64,000 bases of DNA from Candidatus Anaerobiospirillum merdipullorum (GTDB lineage Bacteria; Pseudomonadota; Gammaproteobacteria; Enterobacterales; Succinivibrionaceae), in NCBI GenBank assembly GCA_018883895.1, contig JAHLFG010000028.1:369-64368 (forward strand), written 5' to 3'. The translations under genes and the position numbers were made by a program. The notes under the pieces are model-generated. The model was not told the origin of the DNA. It ran no database searches and worked only from the letters and a program-made list of their open reading frames with translations. Below are positions 28,811 to 38,167 of the stretch, one piece after another. Each line of letters starts with the position of its first letter. Position 1 is the stretch's first letter.

Positions 28811-28838
28811 TTGCACAGGGGTGAAAAATCCTTATAAT
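28811..28838 (+). promoter_or_regulatory. Sigma70 promoter of the Lys/Val tRNA operon
   Basis: TTGCAC, a 16-nt spacer, then TATAAT, preceded by an A/T-rich UP-like tract. Confidence 0.65.
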
Positions 28839-28875
28839 AGCGCTCCGTCAGGCAACATTGCTGAGACCGCTGAAC

Positions 28876-28948
28876 GGGTTGTTAGCTCAGTCGGTAGAGC
28901 AGCGGACTTTTAATCCGTTGGTCAAGGGTTCGATTCCCTTACAACCCA
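28876..28948 (+). tRNA. tRNA-Lys (anticodon TTT); CCA not encoded
   Basis: Acceptor GGGTTGT/ACAACCC and anticodon loop CTTTTAA. Similar to E. coli lysT. Confidence 0.93.
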
Positions 28949-28983
28949 GCGGACGTAATGCAACAATGTTGTGAAGTTAACGT

Positions 28984-29059
28984 GGGTCGTTAGCTCAGCT
29001 GGTAGAGCAGCGGACTCTTAATCCGTTGGTCGCGGGTTCGATCCCCTCACGACCCACCA
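28984..29059 (+). tRNA. tRNA-Lys (anticodon CTT)
   Basis: Acceptor GGGTCGT/ACGACCC, anticodon loop CTCTTAA, and an encoded CCA. Confidence 0.93.
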
Positions 29060-29081
29060 CTAAACTTCAGACTCTTTTCGT

Positions 29082-29157
29082 GGGTTGTTAGCTCAGCTGG
29101 TAGAGCAGCGGACTCTTAATCCGTTGGTCGCGGGTTCGATCCCCTCACAACCCACCA
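29082..29157 (+). tRNA. tRNA-Lys (anticodon CTT)
   Basis: Acceptor GGGTTGT/ACAACCC, anticodon loop CTCTTAA, and an encoded CCA. Confidence 0.93.
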
Positions 29158-29164
29158 CTCTTTT

Positions 29165-29241
29165 GGACGTTTAGCTCAGTTGGTTAGAGCACCTGCCTTA
29201 CAAGCAGGGGGTCACAAGTTCGAGTCTTGTAACGTCCACCA
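29165..29241 (+). tRNA. tRNA-Val (anticodon TAC)
   Basis: Acceptor GGACGTT/AACGTCC and anticodon loop CTTACAA. Similar to E. coli valT, with an encoded CCA. Confidence 0.93.
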
Positions 29242-29249
29242 AATTGCAG

Positions 29250-29274
29250 TTTTTCTTTGTTCTGCAAAGAAAAA
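29250..29274 (+). other. AT-rich 10-bp hairpin between tRNA-Val and the last tRNA-Lys
   Basis: TTTTTCTTTG-ttctg-CAAAGAAAAA, followed by TTT. It could be a weak terminator or a processing structure. Confidence 0.4.
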
Positions 29275-29313
29275 TTTACAAACACATGCCCTAGCATGTT
29301 GTGAAGTTACTGT

Positions 29314-29389
29314 GGGTCGTTAGCTCAGCTGGTAGAGCAGCGGACTCTTAATCCGTTGGTCGCGGGTTCGATCCCCTCACGACCCACCA
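29314..29389 (+). tRNA. tRNA-Lys (anticodon CTT), duplicate of 28984-29059
   Basis: The tRNA body is identical to 28984-29059. The leader (ATGTTGTGAAGTTA) and trailer (CTAAACTTCA) are also duplicated. Confidence 0.93.
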
Positions 29390-29600
29390 CTAAACTTCAT
29401 CTCCTCCCCAATGCAGCTGATAGCCCTAATCGCAAATTGTTTGGCGCCGCTTGTCTTGGCGTCATGAAAAATTGTCGGTGTAAACGTATGGCAGGATTTT
29501 ACGCGTAAGCTGCAATCTAGAGTTAAACCCTAGGATGCATGCGCTTTGTGCTAAGCAACTTGATGGACTTTACGCGCCTTATGAGCGCATCCATCTTATG

Positions 29601-30998
29601 TTAGCACTTAGTGCGTCTGCGCACAAAGGTGCGATTATTGGGCGAAAAATCTGTCAGCATACTGCCGGCCCGGGTTACCGCCACATAGTACAGATTGAGT
29701 TCTTGCTCAAATTGCTCGGGATTAAGACGCGCGCCTTTCTGCTTGCCCTTTAATTGCTTAAATTCTTCTTTCAGATCCATAAAGTCACGGCATAAAGTCA
29801 CCTGTTGCCACTCCAGCCCCTTGGCACAATGGGCGGTGGCAAGGTCAATCGTGGCCTGTTGATTGCCATAAAGATGTTGGGCCTGAGGATAGAGCGTGGG
29901 CAATTGCGGCCCCCATTCATGGATGAGATTGAGGCAAGATTTTAATTCGGTGTCAGCAATATCTTCTGCATAGTCTGTTAAGGCGCCGGCATTTTTAAAG
30001 CGCTTGAGCCACGCACATTCCGGTCGGATAGCATCAAGCTTACCCTGTTGCAGTGCTAGCACGCTAAGCGGCAGGCTAAAGATACTCTCTGCTGTGCGCA
30101 ACAGGCGATACTGGCCACGCCCATGCTCTGTGGCCTCGGCCAATTGTTTGATGAGTTGCGCATTGGTGCGGGCTAAAATCGCTTGCCCGCCGGGCAGGCG
30201 CGTCGGATCGGCCTTGGAGATCATAGCGTGCAGATTAGCCCTATCCGTGGCATAACGCTGCAGGAAGTAATTGGCCCTATCCAAGATAGCTTGCGTGGAG
30301 CGAAAGGAATAGGACAAATGCAAATTGTAGTCAGCCTTTAAGGTCGCGAGTGCATTGACCGCCCCGCGAAAGCCATAGATGGCTTGATGGCGGTCACCGA
30401 CGACAATCTTGCTACAATCATTGTCCAAAAAGAGCGCTAAGGTCACGGCATTGGTATCTTGGGCCTCATCGAGCATCACGCAATCATGATTACGAAAACG
30501 GGGTTTGCCGTGCAGTTGCCATAGCTTGAGATAAAAGTCATGGGTCAGTGGCAAGCGTCCGTCTTGTACCGCCTCCCAGACCGCAGCCGCCGCATCGGGT
30601 ACCTTACTGTGCCCAGATTGGCAAAATTGGCGGAAAGCGGTTAAAGCCTGATTAAGCTCCTTGGGGCTGGCCTTGGGCAGGAGTGATTGCAATTCAATGG
30701 CCTTAAATCCGGGGCTTATGGTATGTAAGCGCTCAGATCCATAGGTGTAGCGATACCACATATAGGCCAGCCCATGGGTGGTGAAGATTTTGACATTGGG
30801 CGGAAAGCGGGTTTTGGCCTCTTGCACAATGGCTTTATTAAAGGCCAGGTACAAAAAGCGCGTCTGTGGATTGGCGCGGGCAATTTCCACTAAGGTCGCG
30901 GTCTTACCACTTCCGGCACAGGCCTCAACTTTAAGGATCTCGCCGCGCTTTAAATTGGAGGCGCAGGCCACCACCGCTTGCTGCTGAGCTGTCAGCAT
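29601..30998 (-). CDS. SF1 UvrD/REP-family DNA helicase of the Fbh1-like type
   Basis: Walker A (ACAGSGKTA), motif II (MLDEAQD), VGD.HQAIYGFRGA and YSFRS, with the C-terminal KGLEW....LYYVAVTRA. The block THDFYLKLWQL...DEAQD...IVVGDRHQAIYGFRGAVNAL matches my memory of the eukaryotic FBH1 helicase core. The start was moved to MLTAQQQ, which follows AAGGAAAG. Confidence 0.8.
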   Translation of the reverse strand: MLTAQQQAVVACASNLKRGEILKVEACAGSGKTATLVEIARANPQTRFLYLAFNKAIVQEAKTRFPPNVKIFTTHGLAYMWYRYTYGSERLHTISPGFKAIELQSLLPKASPKELNQALTAFRQFCQSGHSKVPDAAAAVWEAVQDGRLPLTHDFYLKLWQLHGKPRFRNHDCVMLDEAQDTNAVTLALFLDNDCSKIVVGDRHQAIYGFRGAVNALATLKADYNLHLSYSFRSTQAILDRANYFLQRYATDRANLHAMISKADPTRLPGGQAILARTNAQLIKQLAEATEHGRGQYRLLRTAESIFSLPLSVLALQQGKLDAIRPECAWLKRFKNAGALTDYAEDIADTELKSCLNLIHEWGPQLPTLYPQAQHLYGNQQATIDLATAHCAKGLEWQQVTLCRDFMDLKEEFKQLKGKQKGARLNPEQFEQELNLYYVAVTRAGSMLTDFSPNNRTFVRRRTKC

Positions 30999-31338
30999 GC
31001 TTACTTTCCTTCTTACTACCAGGCTGTCAATGAAGACGGAAGTTATCCGTAAAAAACGCGGCCTATTGTACAAGATTTGCCCACCTTAAGGGCTGTGCCT
31101 ACACAAAAGCGTGAGCGGGCCTATAGCGCGTATATCAAGCCCCCAGGGTGGATGGTAGCCCCAAGGGCACAGTTAGGCCTTCTGTAGGCCACAGCGGGCG
31201 TGTATAGGGTATTTTTCATCAGGGTTGCCCCTTCAGATGACGTCGCAGATTTTCTACCCTTTTTGGGTAGATTTTTCCGGGTGCTTTTTACGCTACTTTA
31301 GCTAAGCTGTAGATAGCGATACCACTTCAGGAGGAACG

Positions 31339-31743
31339 ATGTTAACGAACAATCAAGTCTTGTTAATTGGAGAGGTGATCCCAGATCATACTTCCCGCTA
31401 TGTAAGCTCAAGTGGCGGCCAATTTATGCGTTTTGTGTTACGGACCAGCGAGGTGTGGTACTCCAACCACCCCAATGCCCGGCGCGAGCATTATGAATAT
31501 CACCAAGTGATCTTGCGTGAAGGCGGTAGCCTGCGTTTGTTAAGTCGCAAACAAAATTTAATCGTCGCCGGGCAACGTTTGCTCGTGACCGGCAAATTAC
31601 GCTATCGCTTAATTAAAGATGAAAGCGGCAAGGTGACCCATTGTGTGGCCGAGGTGGATGCCGATGGCATCGAGCTCTTAAGCTTGCATCCTGAGGCGCA
31701 AGTTGCGGCCAATGGCGTCGCTGATGAAGAGCAAAGCGCTTAA
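31339..31743 (+). CDS. SSB-family OB-fold protein lacking the acidic C-terminal tip
   Basis: NQVLLIGEVIPDHTSRYVSSSGGQFMRFVL.TSEVW.....EYHQVIL...AGQRLLVTGKLRYR...D.SGK parallels E. coli SSB residues 1 to about 110. It ends ...ADEEQSA rather than ...DDDIPF. A good SD (AGGAGGA) is present. Confidence 0.6.
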   Translation: MLTNNQVLLIGEVIPDHTSRYVSSSGGQFMRFVLRTSEVWYSNHPNARREHYEYHQVILREGGSLRLLSRKQNLIVAGQRLLVTGKLRYRLIKDESGKVTHCVAEVDADGIELLSLHPEAQVAANGVADEEQSA

Positions 31744-31837
31744 AGGAGGTGAGGCATCAGGGAAAATTTAACGCTCGCGGCGCTAATTGAGGCGTCACAA
31801 ACAAACATGAGGTTGCACATAAGTGAATCGCAGTTTT

Positions 31838-31870
31838 CCGCAGGAGGCTTCAAGCTTTCTGCGGCTTTTT
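31838..31870 (+). terminator. Rho-independent terminator of the SSB-like gene
   Basis: CCGCAGGA...TTTCTGCGG stem followed by CTTTTT. Confidence 0.65.
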
Positions 31871-31911
31871 GGCTTGCGCGCTGTGCTTTGACCCGGGCTA
31901 TAAAATATCAA

Positions 31912-31933
31912 AGCCCCGCACTATGGCGGGGCT
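31912..31933 (-). terminator. Terminator hairpin downstream of prs
   Basis: AGCCCCGC-actatg-GCGGGGCT. On the minus strand it is followed by TTTGATATTTTA. Confidence 0.6.
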
Positions 31934-31954
31934 GGAAACGGGCCTTGAGGCGAT

Positions 31955-32905
31955 TTAAGCCTGTTGGAACATGGCGGAAATACTTTCCTCATTGCTGATG
32001 CGGCGAATAGCTTCTGCTAGCATCGGCGCTAAAGTCAGATAACGCACCTTTTCAAGCTTGGCAATTTGGCTGGTGGCCGGAATAGAATCCGAGACCACTA
32101 ACTCATCTAAGCGTGAAGTGCTTAAATTCTTTACCGCATCGCCCGAGAGCACCGGGTGGGTGGCATAAGCGATGACGTGGAGCGCACCTCTATCTTTTAA
32201 GGCATCGGCACACTTGCATAAGGTCCCGCCGGTATCGATGATGTCATCGACGATAATGCAGTCACGCCCCTTAACTTCACCGATAAGATGCATCACTTCC
32301 GAGACGTTAGGACGCGGACGACGCTTATCGATAATGGCGATGTCAGCATTGTTTAAGAGCTTGGCAATGGCACGGGCACGCACCACACCGCCCATATCCG
32401 GAGATACCACCACCGGATTGGTCAGATTTTGCTCCAGCATGTCCTCAACGAAGATCTGTGAGGAGAAGCAATTGTCGACCGGCACATCAAAGAAGCCCTG
32501 AATCTGCTCGGCATGTAAGTCAACGGTCAGTACACGATCCACACCGACACTAGATAAGAAGTCAGCCACCACCTTAGCGGTAATCGGCACACGGGCAGAT
32601 CTTAAACGACGATCTTGACGGGCATAACCGAAGTAAGGGATCACGGCGGTAATACGACCGGCAGAAGCACGACGCATCGCGTCGATCATGACGATGAGCT
32701 CCATCAGATTGTCATTGGTCGGGGCACAGGTGGACTGAATGATGAAGATGTCGCCGCCGCGGACATTCTCATTAATCTGTACATGGATCTCGCCGTCAGA
32801 GAAACGATCAACCGTGGCGTTGCCCAGACGAGTATATAAACGTGCCGCAATGCGCTTGGCCAGTTCAGGCGTGGCATTACCGGCAAACAGCTTCATATCA
32901 GCCAT
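31955..32905 (-). CDS. prs: Ribose-phosphate pyrophosphokinase
   Basis: Very high similarity to E. coli Prs along the full length ([47 protein letters not shown]). Confidence 0.98.
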   Translation of the reverse strand: MADMKLFAGNATPELAKRIAARLYTRLGNATVDRFSDGEIHVQINENVRGGDIFIIQSTCAPTNDNLMELIVMIDAMRRASAGRITAVIPYFGYARQDRRLRSARVPITAKVVADFLSSVGVDRVLTVDLHAEQIQGFFDVPVDNCFSSQIFVEDMLEQNLTNPVVVSPDMGGVVRARAIAKLLNNADIAIIDKRRPRPNVSEVMHLIGEVKGRDCIIVDDIIDTGGTLCKCADALKDRGALHVIAYATHPVLSGDAVKNLSTSRLDELVVSDSIPATSQIAKLEKVRYLTLAPMLAEAIRRISNEESISAMFQQA

Positions 32906-32929
32906 ATTTTCTTAAACCTTCCGGATAAG

Positions 32930-33796
32930 CTAGAGTGTTAATAGAGTAGCGTGTACAGGCGAACGATTAAGGCTTCGGGCCAAAAAGAGTGGTCCGCGAT
33001 GTTGCGCGGCAATTTCTTGCAGTGCGCTCTGCGCTGTCGTTTCATCATCAAACGCAACAAAGCAGCAAGCCCCGCTGCCTGATAAATGCGCCGGCGCATA
33101 TTTTACCAAGAGTGCTAAAAGCTGTCCAATTTCAGGATGGCTTTTTGCAACACTAAGCGTAAAGTCATTCTCAAACGGGAGCTTCATGAGCTCTTCTAAA
33201 CTGCGCTCCTTGCTGTCACGTTTAAGTAGAGGATCGGCAAAGGCCTTAGCGGTATTGACCTGACAATGCTCCGGGGCGGCGACAATATACCAACGCTCTG
33301 GCAGATCTATGGCCGTCAGTTTTTCCCCTACGCCGGTGGCAAAGGCCGGACGGCCATAGATAAAGATGGGCACATCAGCGCCAACCTTAAGTCCGATAGC
33401 GGCAAGCTCATTTAAGGGCAAATTTAATTGCCATAAATGATTGGCACATAAAAGTGCTGCGGCTGCATCCGAAGAGCCGCCACCAAGCCCGCCTCCTTGA
33501 GGGATGCGCTTTGCCACCTCAATGGTAATGCCATGTTTGATGGGCAGGTGTAATTCGTCCGCGCGCGCTTGTAACAGTTTTAACCCCTTGATGATGGTAT
33601 TGTGCTCCGGCGGAAAATTAAAGGCTCCCTTTAAGTTCAATTCACCGGGGCGGTCAGTGAGGGTAAAACTCATCTCATCGCCAAAATCTAACAGGGTAAA
33701 TAGGGTCTGTAGATTATGGTAACCGTCCGCTCTTTTACCGGTGATATAGAGAAATAAATTTAATTTGCACGGCGCGAGGACTGTTAAATTACTCAA
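32930..33796 (-). CDS. ispE: 4-diphosphocytidyl-2-C-methyl-D-erythritol kinase
   Basis: APCKLNLFLYITGKRADGYHNLQTLF and the GHMP motif GGGLGGGSSDAAA. It sits in lolB-ispE-prs order, as in E. coli. Confidence 0.95.
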   Translation of the reverse strand: MSNLTVLAPCKLNLFLYITGKRADGYHNLQTLFTLLDFGDEMSFTLTDRPGELNLKGAFNFPPEHNTIIKGLKLLQARADELHLPIKHGITIEVAKRIPQGGGLGGGSSDAAAALLCANHLWQLNLPLNELAAIGLKVGADVPIFIYGRPAFATGVGEKLTAIDLPERWYIVAAPEHCQVNTAKAFADPLLKRDSKERSLEELMKLPFENDFTLSVAKSHPEIGQLLALLVKYAPAHLSGSGACCFVAFDDETTAQSALQEIAAQHRGPLFLARSLNRSPVHATLLTL

Positions 33797-34388
33797 TGTA
33801 GGCTACCTCATTGACCTTAAGCTTAATGTAAAGCTGCCCCTTGTTGACATTAAGATCGGTTGGCAGGGCGTAACCGTCAAATTCCTTGAAGTGTTGATAA
33901 TTGACCACAAAGCCATCTTGGGCGGAACTTAGCAATTGACCATCAGGAAGTAAGATGGAGGCCGGGCCGATTAAGCCCAAGCTTAAGGTGCGCAACGAGC
34001 TTAAGGGTAAATCTAAATTAAAGGTCTCATAAAAAAGACTTTGGGCATCGGCTGCCTGATAGGTTTTGCCATCAGCTACTAAAATGGCTTCACCGGGCTT
34101 GACGGTTAAGTTTGCCAAGGTTGCGCCAAAGGGGGAGGTTAACTCTAATTCATAATTGTCCTGGTTGGCAGTTAAGGTGAAATTGGCGCTAAAGCGCGTA
34201 CTGCCGCTGACGCCCAAACGACCTGAGAGCTGATAGCGTGTTACCTGCTGCAGTTTTTGCTGCATTTGTTGCCAATAGGCAGGAGAAGAGACAATGGCAG
34301 TAGGCTCTTGAGCAGTTTGGCAACCGCCAAAAATCAGCGCCGTCAGACCCAAAACGGCGGCACTTAGCAGACGCTTAGAAGTATGCAT
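33789..34388 (-). CDS. lolB: Outer-membrane lipoprotein LolB
   Basis: Lipobox (FGGC), about 200 aa, and an 8-nt overlap with ispE. Its position is conserved. Confidence 0.8.
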   Translation of the reverse strand: MHTSKRLLSAAVLGLTALIFGGCQTAQEPTAIVSSPAYWQQMQQKLQQVTRYQLSGRLGVSGSTRFSANFTLTANQDNYELELTSPFGATLANLTVKPGEAILVADGKTYQAADAQSLFYETFNLDLPLSSLRTLSLGLIGPASILLPDGQLLSSAQDGFVVNYQHFKEFDGYALPTDLNVNKGQLYIKLKVNEVAYIE

Positions 34389-34433
34389 ATTAATTTGTCC
34401 TTAAACAATGCGTAAATTTTACTTAAGTAAGCT

Positions 34434-36191
34434 TTAGGCGACGCTACCATAAGCTTGCAGGCGCCTAAAGAGCGCAATCAAGCTTTGCTGCGTGTTAAAG
34501 CCGGTTAAATTAAGATCGCTTCCTTGAAGACCATTAAATTGCGCTTTACCTTGCAGATGATCATTGACTGCCTGTACCGTCTTTGCGCCGTACAGTTTGC
34601 TTAGCGCTTCTTGATAGTCCTGCTCCTTAAAGCTAGGATTGAGCTTAAGCTCCAAGGTTTTTACGAGGCAACGATAGAAGGTCAAACGCTCTAAAGAAAA
34701 CAGCTCTTCATTAAAGTTACAGGTCCACTTGGCGTACTGTAACGCACTTTCTGCATCTTGGGCGCGTAAGGCCAGAAGGCACTTGAGCTCGCCCATGCGC
34801 AATTGTTGCCACGGGCTGCCTACGTCAGGCAAAAGACCTAAGAGCGGATAGATCAATTCCTGATCATCAAAGTTTGAATTTTCCAGCTCTTCTAAATAGG
34901 CGGCATAGGTGGTACTGTCTTCTTGCGCTGTCGGCAGACTTAAGAGCGACTCTTGAAAATCAATGGCGCGATTTAAATTGTTGTAACTAAGATCATCAAG
35001 CGGATAAACCTCCGACATGCCCGGGACAATGACGCGATAAGCTAAGACACCTAATTGCTGATAGGCACGTACATAGATATCAAAGCCCAACTTATCAATC
35101 ATATAACGCAGCGCCTTGTAGGCGTCATGGGTCGAACCGGCAAAATCCCAATGTACAAATTTAAAGTCCGCTTGATCTTTGAACATTTGTAATGGCAGTA
35201 AACCGGTGGAATCAATAAATTGACTTTCTAAGTTGGTATCATCGCCGGTACGGGTTAAATCAAAGCATGGCTCGGCAAAATCATCTAAATCGACAAAAGA
35301 ACGGCCTTGCATTAATTCCGTTAAGGTTCTATCTAAGGCCACGGCAAACATCGGATGAGCGCCAAAGGCAGCTGCACAGGTGCCGTTGGATTGATTAAAC
35401 AAAATGGCACAGACTACCGGGAAGCGACCACCTAAGGAAGCGTCATAACAGACGACCTTTAATTGCGGGCTTTGCAGACCTTCTAAGGTGGCATAAGATT
35501 CAGGATAGCGCTGTAAGATCTCGCGGGGGATCTCCGGCAAGGCCAGGCCCTTTTTAATGATCTCGCGTTTGACATAGCGCTCAATGATTTCACTTAAGGC
35601 CTGTGCTAAGGCCTCATACTCGGTATTCCCCGAGCTCATGCCATTGGAGCCATAGAGATTATCTAAAAGATTGATGGGGAAATAGACCACCTCGCCATTG
35701 CGCGCATTGGTAAAGGGAATGGAGCATACCCCGCGGCTGTAGGAAGATGAGCCAATATCCACCAAGTCCTCAAGGCTAATATCCTGATTGGTAGTATAGA
35801 ACTTGCGTAAGGCGGCATTTAAGATGTCAGTGGGGAGAGTGCCGTCACTGTCTTCGGGGATCGGGGTCCATTTTTCATCGGCAAAGTGCACAAATGGTGC
35901 TTGCGCGTTTTCTGCCCCTAAAAAATAGTCGGCAAAATAAGCATGGGTGGACAGGCGCTCAAAGAGCTCACCATAGGCCGAGCAACGGGCAGCTAAGAGG
36001 GACGAGCCTTTACCATTGGAGTAAATTACCTGCGGAAAATTTACCTCAACTAATTCAAGTGACCACAGATGGGGAAGGGGATTTAAAATCGCTTTTTCTT
36101 CAAGTTGCAGTCCTAACTCCTGCGCTTTGGCCTGCAGGCGGGCGAGGGTTTCTTCAAGCGGGGAGTCTTTTCCCAGAATAGTGGTTGACAT
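34434..36191 (-). CDS. ycaO: YcaO-family protein, full-length counterpart of E. coli YcaO
   Basis: Collinear with E. coli YcaO over about 585 aa (NGKG.S...A..SA.GE.FERLST..FFAD, SNGMS.GNT..EA, FGAHP.F.VAL.RT.TEL.QGR, RIIVPGMS..YP). Confidence 0.9.
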   Translation of the reverse strand: MSTTILGKDSPLEETLARLQAKAQELGLQLEEKAILNPLPHLWSLELVEVNFPQVIYSNGKGSSLLAARCSAYGELFERLSTHAYFADYFLGAENAQAPFVHFADEKWTPIPEDSDGTLPTDILNAALRKFYTTNQDISLEDLVDIGSSSYSRGVCSIPFTNARNGEVVYFPINLLDNLYGSNGMSSGNTEYEALAQALSEIIERYVKREIIKKGLALPEIPREILQRYPESYATLEGLQSPQLKVVCYDASLGGRFPVVCAILFNQSNGTCAAAFGAHPMFAVALDRTLTELMQGRSFVDLDDFAEPCFDLTRTGDDTNLESQFIDSTGLLPLQMFKDQADFKFVHWDFAGSTHDAYKALRYMIDKLGFDIYVRAYQQLGVLAYRVIVPGMSEVYPLDDLSYNNLNRAIDFQESLLSLPTAQEDSTTYAAYLEELENSNFDDQELIYPLLGLLPDVGSPWQQLRMGELKCLLALRAQDAESALQYAKWTCNFNEELFSLERLTFYRCLVKTLELKLNPSFKEQDYQEALSKLYGAKTVQAVNDHLQGKAQFNGLQGSDLNLTGFNTQQSLIALFRRLQAYGSVA

Positions 36192-36281
36192 AGATCTACT
36201 CTCAAGGCAAAGTTAAGCATTTACATATTAGTTTTTTGCAAATTCTCATCATACCATGGGGATAAGCGTTTAGGGATTGTT

Positions 36282-36761
36282 ATGCCGGGCAAGAAGCAAG
36301 CACTAGAGATGCAAACGGGCGCTCAATCAGAGCAAAAATTGGGGGCTAAACTTACTCATTTAGGCGCTAAAGTGCGCGTGTATGTCATAGTACTGTTACT
36401 CTTTATCGCCTATTACGCCTATAACGTGTATTTAAAGCCCACTCCCGATGCGGCACAAACCTTAGCCGATAGTTTGCCTTTGACCGTCGATGCGTATACG
36501 ACCATGCAAGAGGCCAAGATTAGTGAGCATGAGGTGGTCTTGCTTATTGAGCAAGACCCACAGGCTCTAGGCAATCGCACCCCAGCGCAACGTGAGGCGG
36601 CCTTAGATCATATTGTGGCCAACGCACCTGCACTGTGCAAAAATCAGCTTTTATCACAGATTATTGCCTCAGGTAAAAGCCTGACTGTATTATTACGGTG
36701 CACTGACGGCTCCTATGAGCGGCGCTATAGTGTGGACCAATGTCCAGCTGTGACGCAGTAA
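36282..36761 (+). CDS. Hypothetical membrane-anchored protein
   Basis: 159-aa ORF with a single TM (VYVIVLLLFIAYYAYNVYL) and a soluble C-terminal domain containing 3 Cys. No family recognised. Confidence 0.45.
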   Translation: MPGKKQALEMQTGAQSEQKLGAKLTHLGAKVRVYVIVLLLFIAYYAYNVYLKPTPDAAQTLADSLPLTVDAYTTMQEAKISEHEVVLLIEQDPQALGNRTPAQREAALDHIVANAPALCKNQLLSQIIASGKSLTVLLRCTDGSYERRYSVDQCPAVTQ

Positions 36762-36837
36762 TTAGGTTTAGCAATCTTATCTCTTTGTTATTTATTTTAT
36801 TTTTACTTAAACACGCGTTTTACGCCAAGGACAAAGC

Positions 36838-37956
36838 ATGAAAAATTTAGGTTTGGTAGGCTGGCGCGGCATGGTGGGCTCGGTATTGCTCGAGCGCATG
36901 CTGCAAGAAAATGATTTAACTGAGCTTGCCGTCAAGCCCCATTTCTTTTCCACTTCGCAGGCAGGTCAAACGGGGCCGCAATTGCCCGGCATTGACAGCG
37001 GTACTTTAATTGCCGCGGACAATATGGACGCCTTGCAGGCCATGGACATCATTATTACCTGCCAGGGTGGTGATTACACTACCAAGATGTATCAGGCACT
37101 ACGTGCTACCGGTTGGCAGGGCTACTGGATTGACGCGGCTTCGACCTTACGTATGCAAGATGAGGCGGTGATTATTCTTGATCCGGTCAACCGTCAGGTG
37201 ATTGATGAGGCCTTAAATAAGGGTGGTAAGACCTTTGTCGGTGGTAATTGCACGGTAAGCTTAATGTTAATGGCTTTAGCCGGTTTATTTAAGGCTGATT
37301 TGGTGGAGTGGATTTCTTCTTCTACCTATCAAGCCGCCTCCGGCGCCGGCGCAAAGAATATGCGCGAGCTCTTAGTGCAGATGGGAGCTCTTTATCATTG
37401 TGTAGATAGCGAGCTTGCCGATCCGCATTCTTCGATTTTAGATATTGAGCGTAAGGTTCGTGCCTGCATGCGTGCCCCTGAGTTCCCGACGGAAAACTTT
37501 ACCGCTCCGCTTGCCGGTAGCGTCTTGCCGTGGATCGATAAGGCCATGGACAATGGCCAGAGCCGTGAAGAGTGGAAGGGCATGGCCGAGACCAATAAGA
37601 TTTTAGGCTTAGCTCCGCATACGGTGCCGGTGGATGGTAATTGCGTGCGTATCAGCTCGCTGCGTTGCCACAGCCAGTCTTTGACCATTAAGTTAAAGCA
37701 AAACGCCTCCATTGCCGAGATTGAAGACTTAATCAAGGCACAAAATGAGTGGGTTAAGGTCATTCCCAATGAAAAGGAAGTTACCTTAAAAGAATTAACC
37801 CCTGCGGCCGTTTCTGGCTCTTTAACGGTACCGATTGGCCGTCTGCGCAAGATGATGATGGGCGATCTCTATTTATCGGCCTTTACGGTAGGTGATCAGC
37901 TCTTATGGGGCGCTGCCGAGCCGTTACGTCGCATGCTCCGCATCCTGTGCGCTTAA
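36838..37956 (+). CDS. asd: Aspartate-semialdehyde dehydrogenase
   Basis: Collinear with E. coli Asd ([42 protein letters not shown]). Confidence 0.97.
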   Translation: MKNLGLVGWRGMVGSVLLERMLQENDLTELAVKPHFFSTSQAGQTGPQLPGIDSGTLIAADNMDALQAMDIIITCQGGDYTTKMYQALRATGWQGYWIDAASTLRMQDEAVIILDPVNRQVIDEALNKGGKTFVGGNCTVSLMLMALAGLFKADLVEWISSSTYQAASGAGAKNMRELLVQMGALYHCVDSELADPHSSILDIERKVRACMRAPEFPTENFTAPLAGSVLPWIDKAMDNGQSREEWKGMAETNKILGLAPHTVPVDGNCVRISSLRCHSQSLTIKLKQNASIAEIEDLIKAQNEWVKVIPNEKEVTLKELTPAAVSGSLTVPIGRLRKMMMGDLYLSAFTVGDQLLWGAAEPLRRMLRILCA

Positions 37957-37968
37957 TGCCATTCTTGT

Positions 37969-37992
37969 CTGACCGGCATGCCTGCCGGTCAG
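37969..37992 (+). terminator. Terminator-like hairpin after asd
   Basis: Perfect 10-bp stem CTGACCGGCA-tgcc-TGCCGGTCAG, with a weak T tract. Confidence 0.55.
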
Positions 37993-38167
37993 GTATCTTA
38001 CGGTAAAAAGCACTAAGTAAGATAAGCTCTTAGTTTAAGACCAGGCTTGCGCTTGGGTAAGTCTTTGTTTATTTATTTTTCCGCCAAGCTTGCTTTTATT
38101 TTCTTGTTTGCCAAAGTAATTTTAAGTAAAGCTAAGCGCTTTACTTAGCAATTTAATCAGCTTGCCG

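Noticed and set aside
29390-31954. Integrated genomic island at the 3' end of tRNA-Lys
   Set aside because: There is no integrase, no transposase, and no direct repeat of the tRNA 3' end visible near 31750-31950. Only two genes are present. The region is treated as a lineage-specific gene pair, not a mobile element.
34434-36191. YcaO as a marker of a RiPP (thiazole/oxazole or thioamide) biosynthetic cluster
   Set aside because: The protein is collinear over its whole length with the stand-alone E. coli YcaO. The neighbours are lolB and an unrelated membrane protein. No precursor peptide, dehydrogenase, TfuA or E1-like partner is adjacent.
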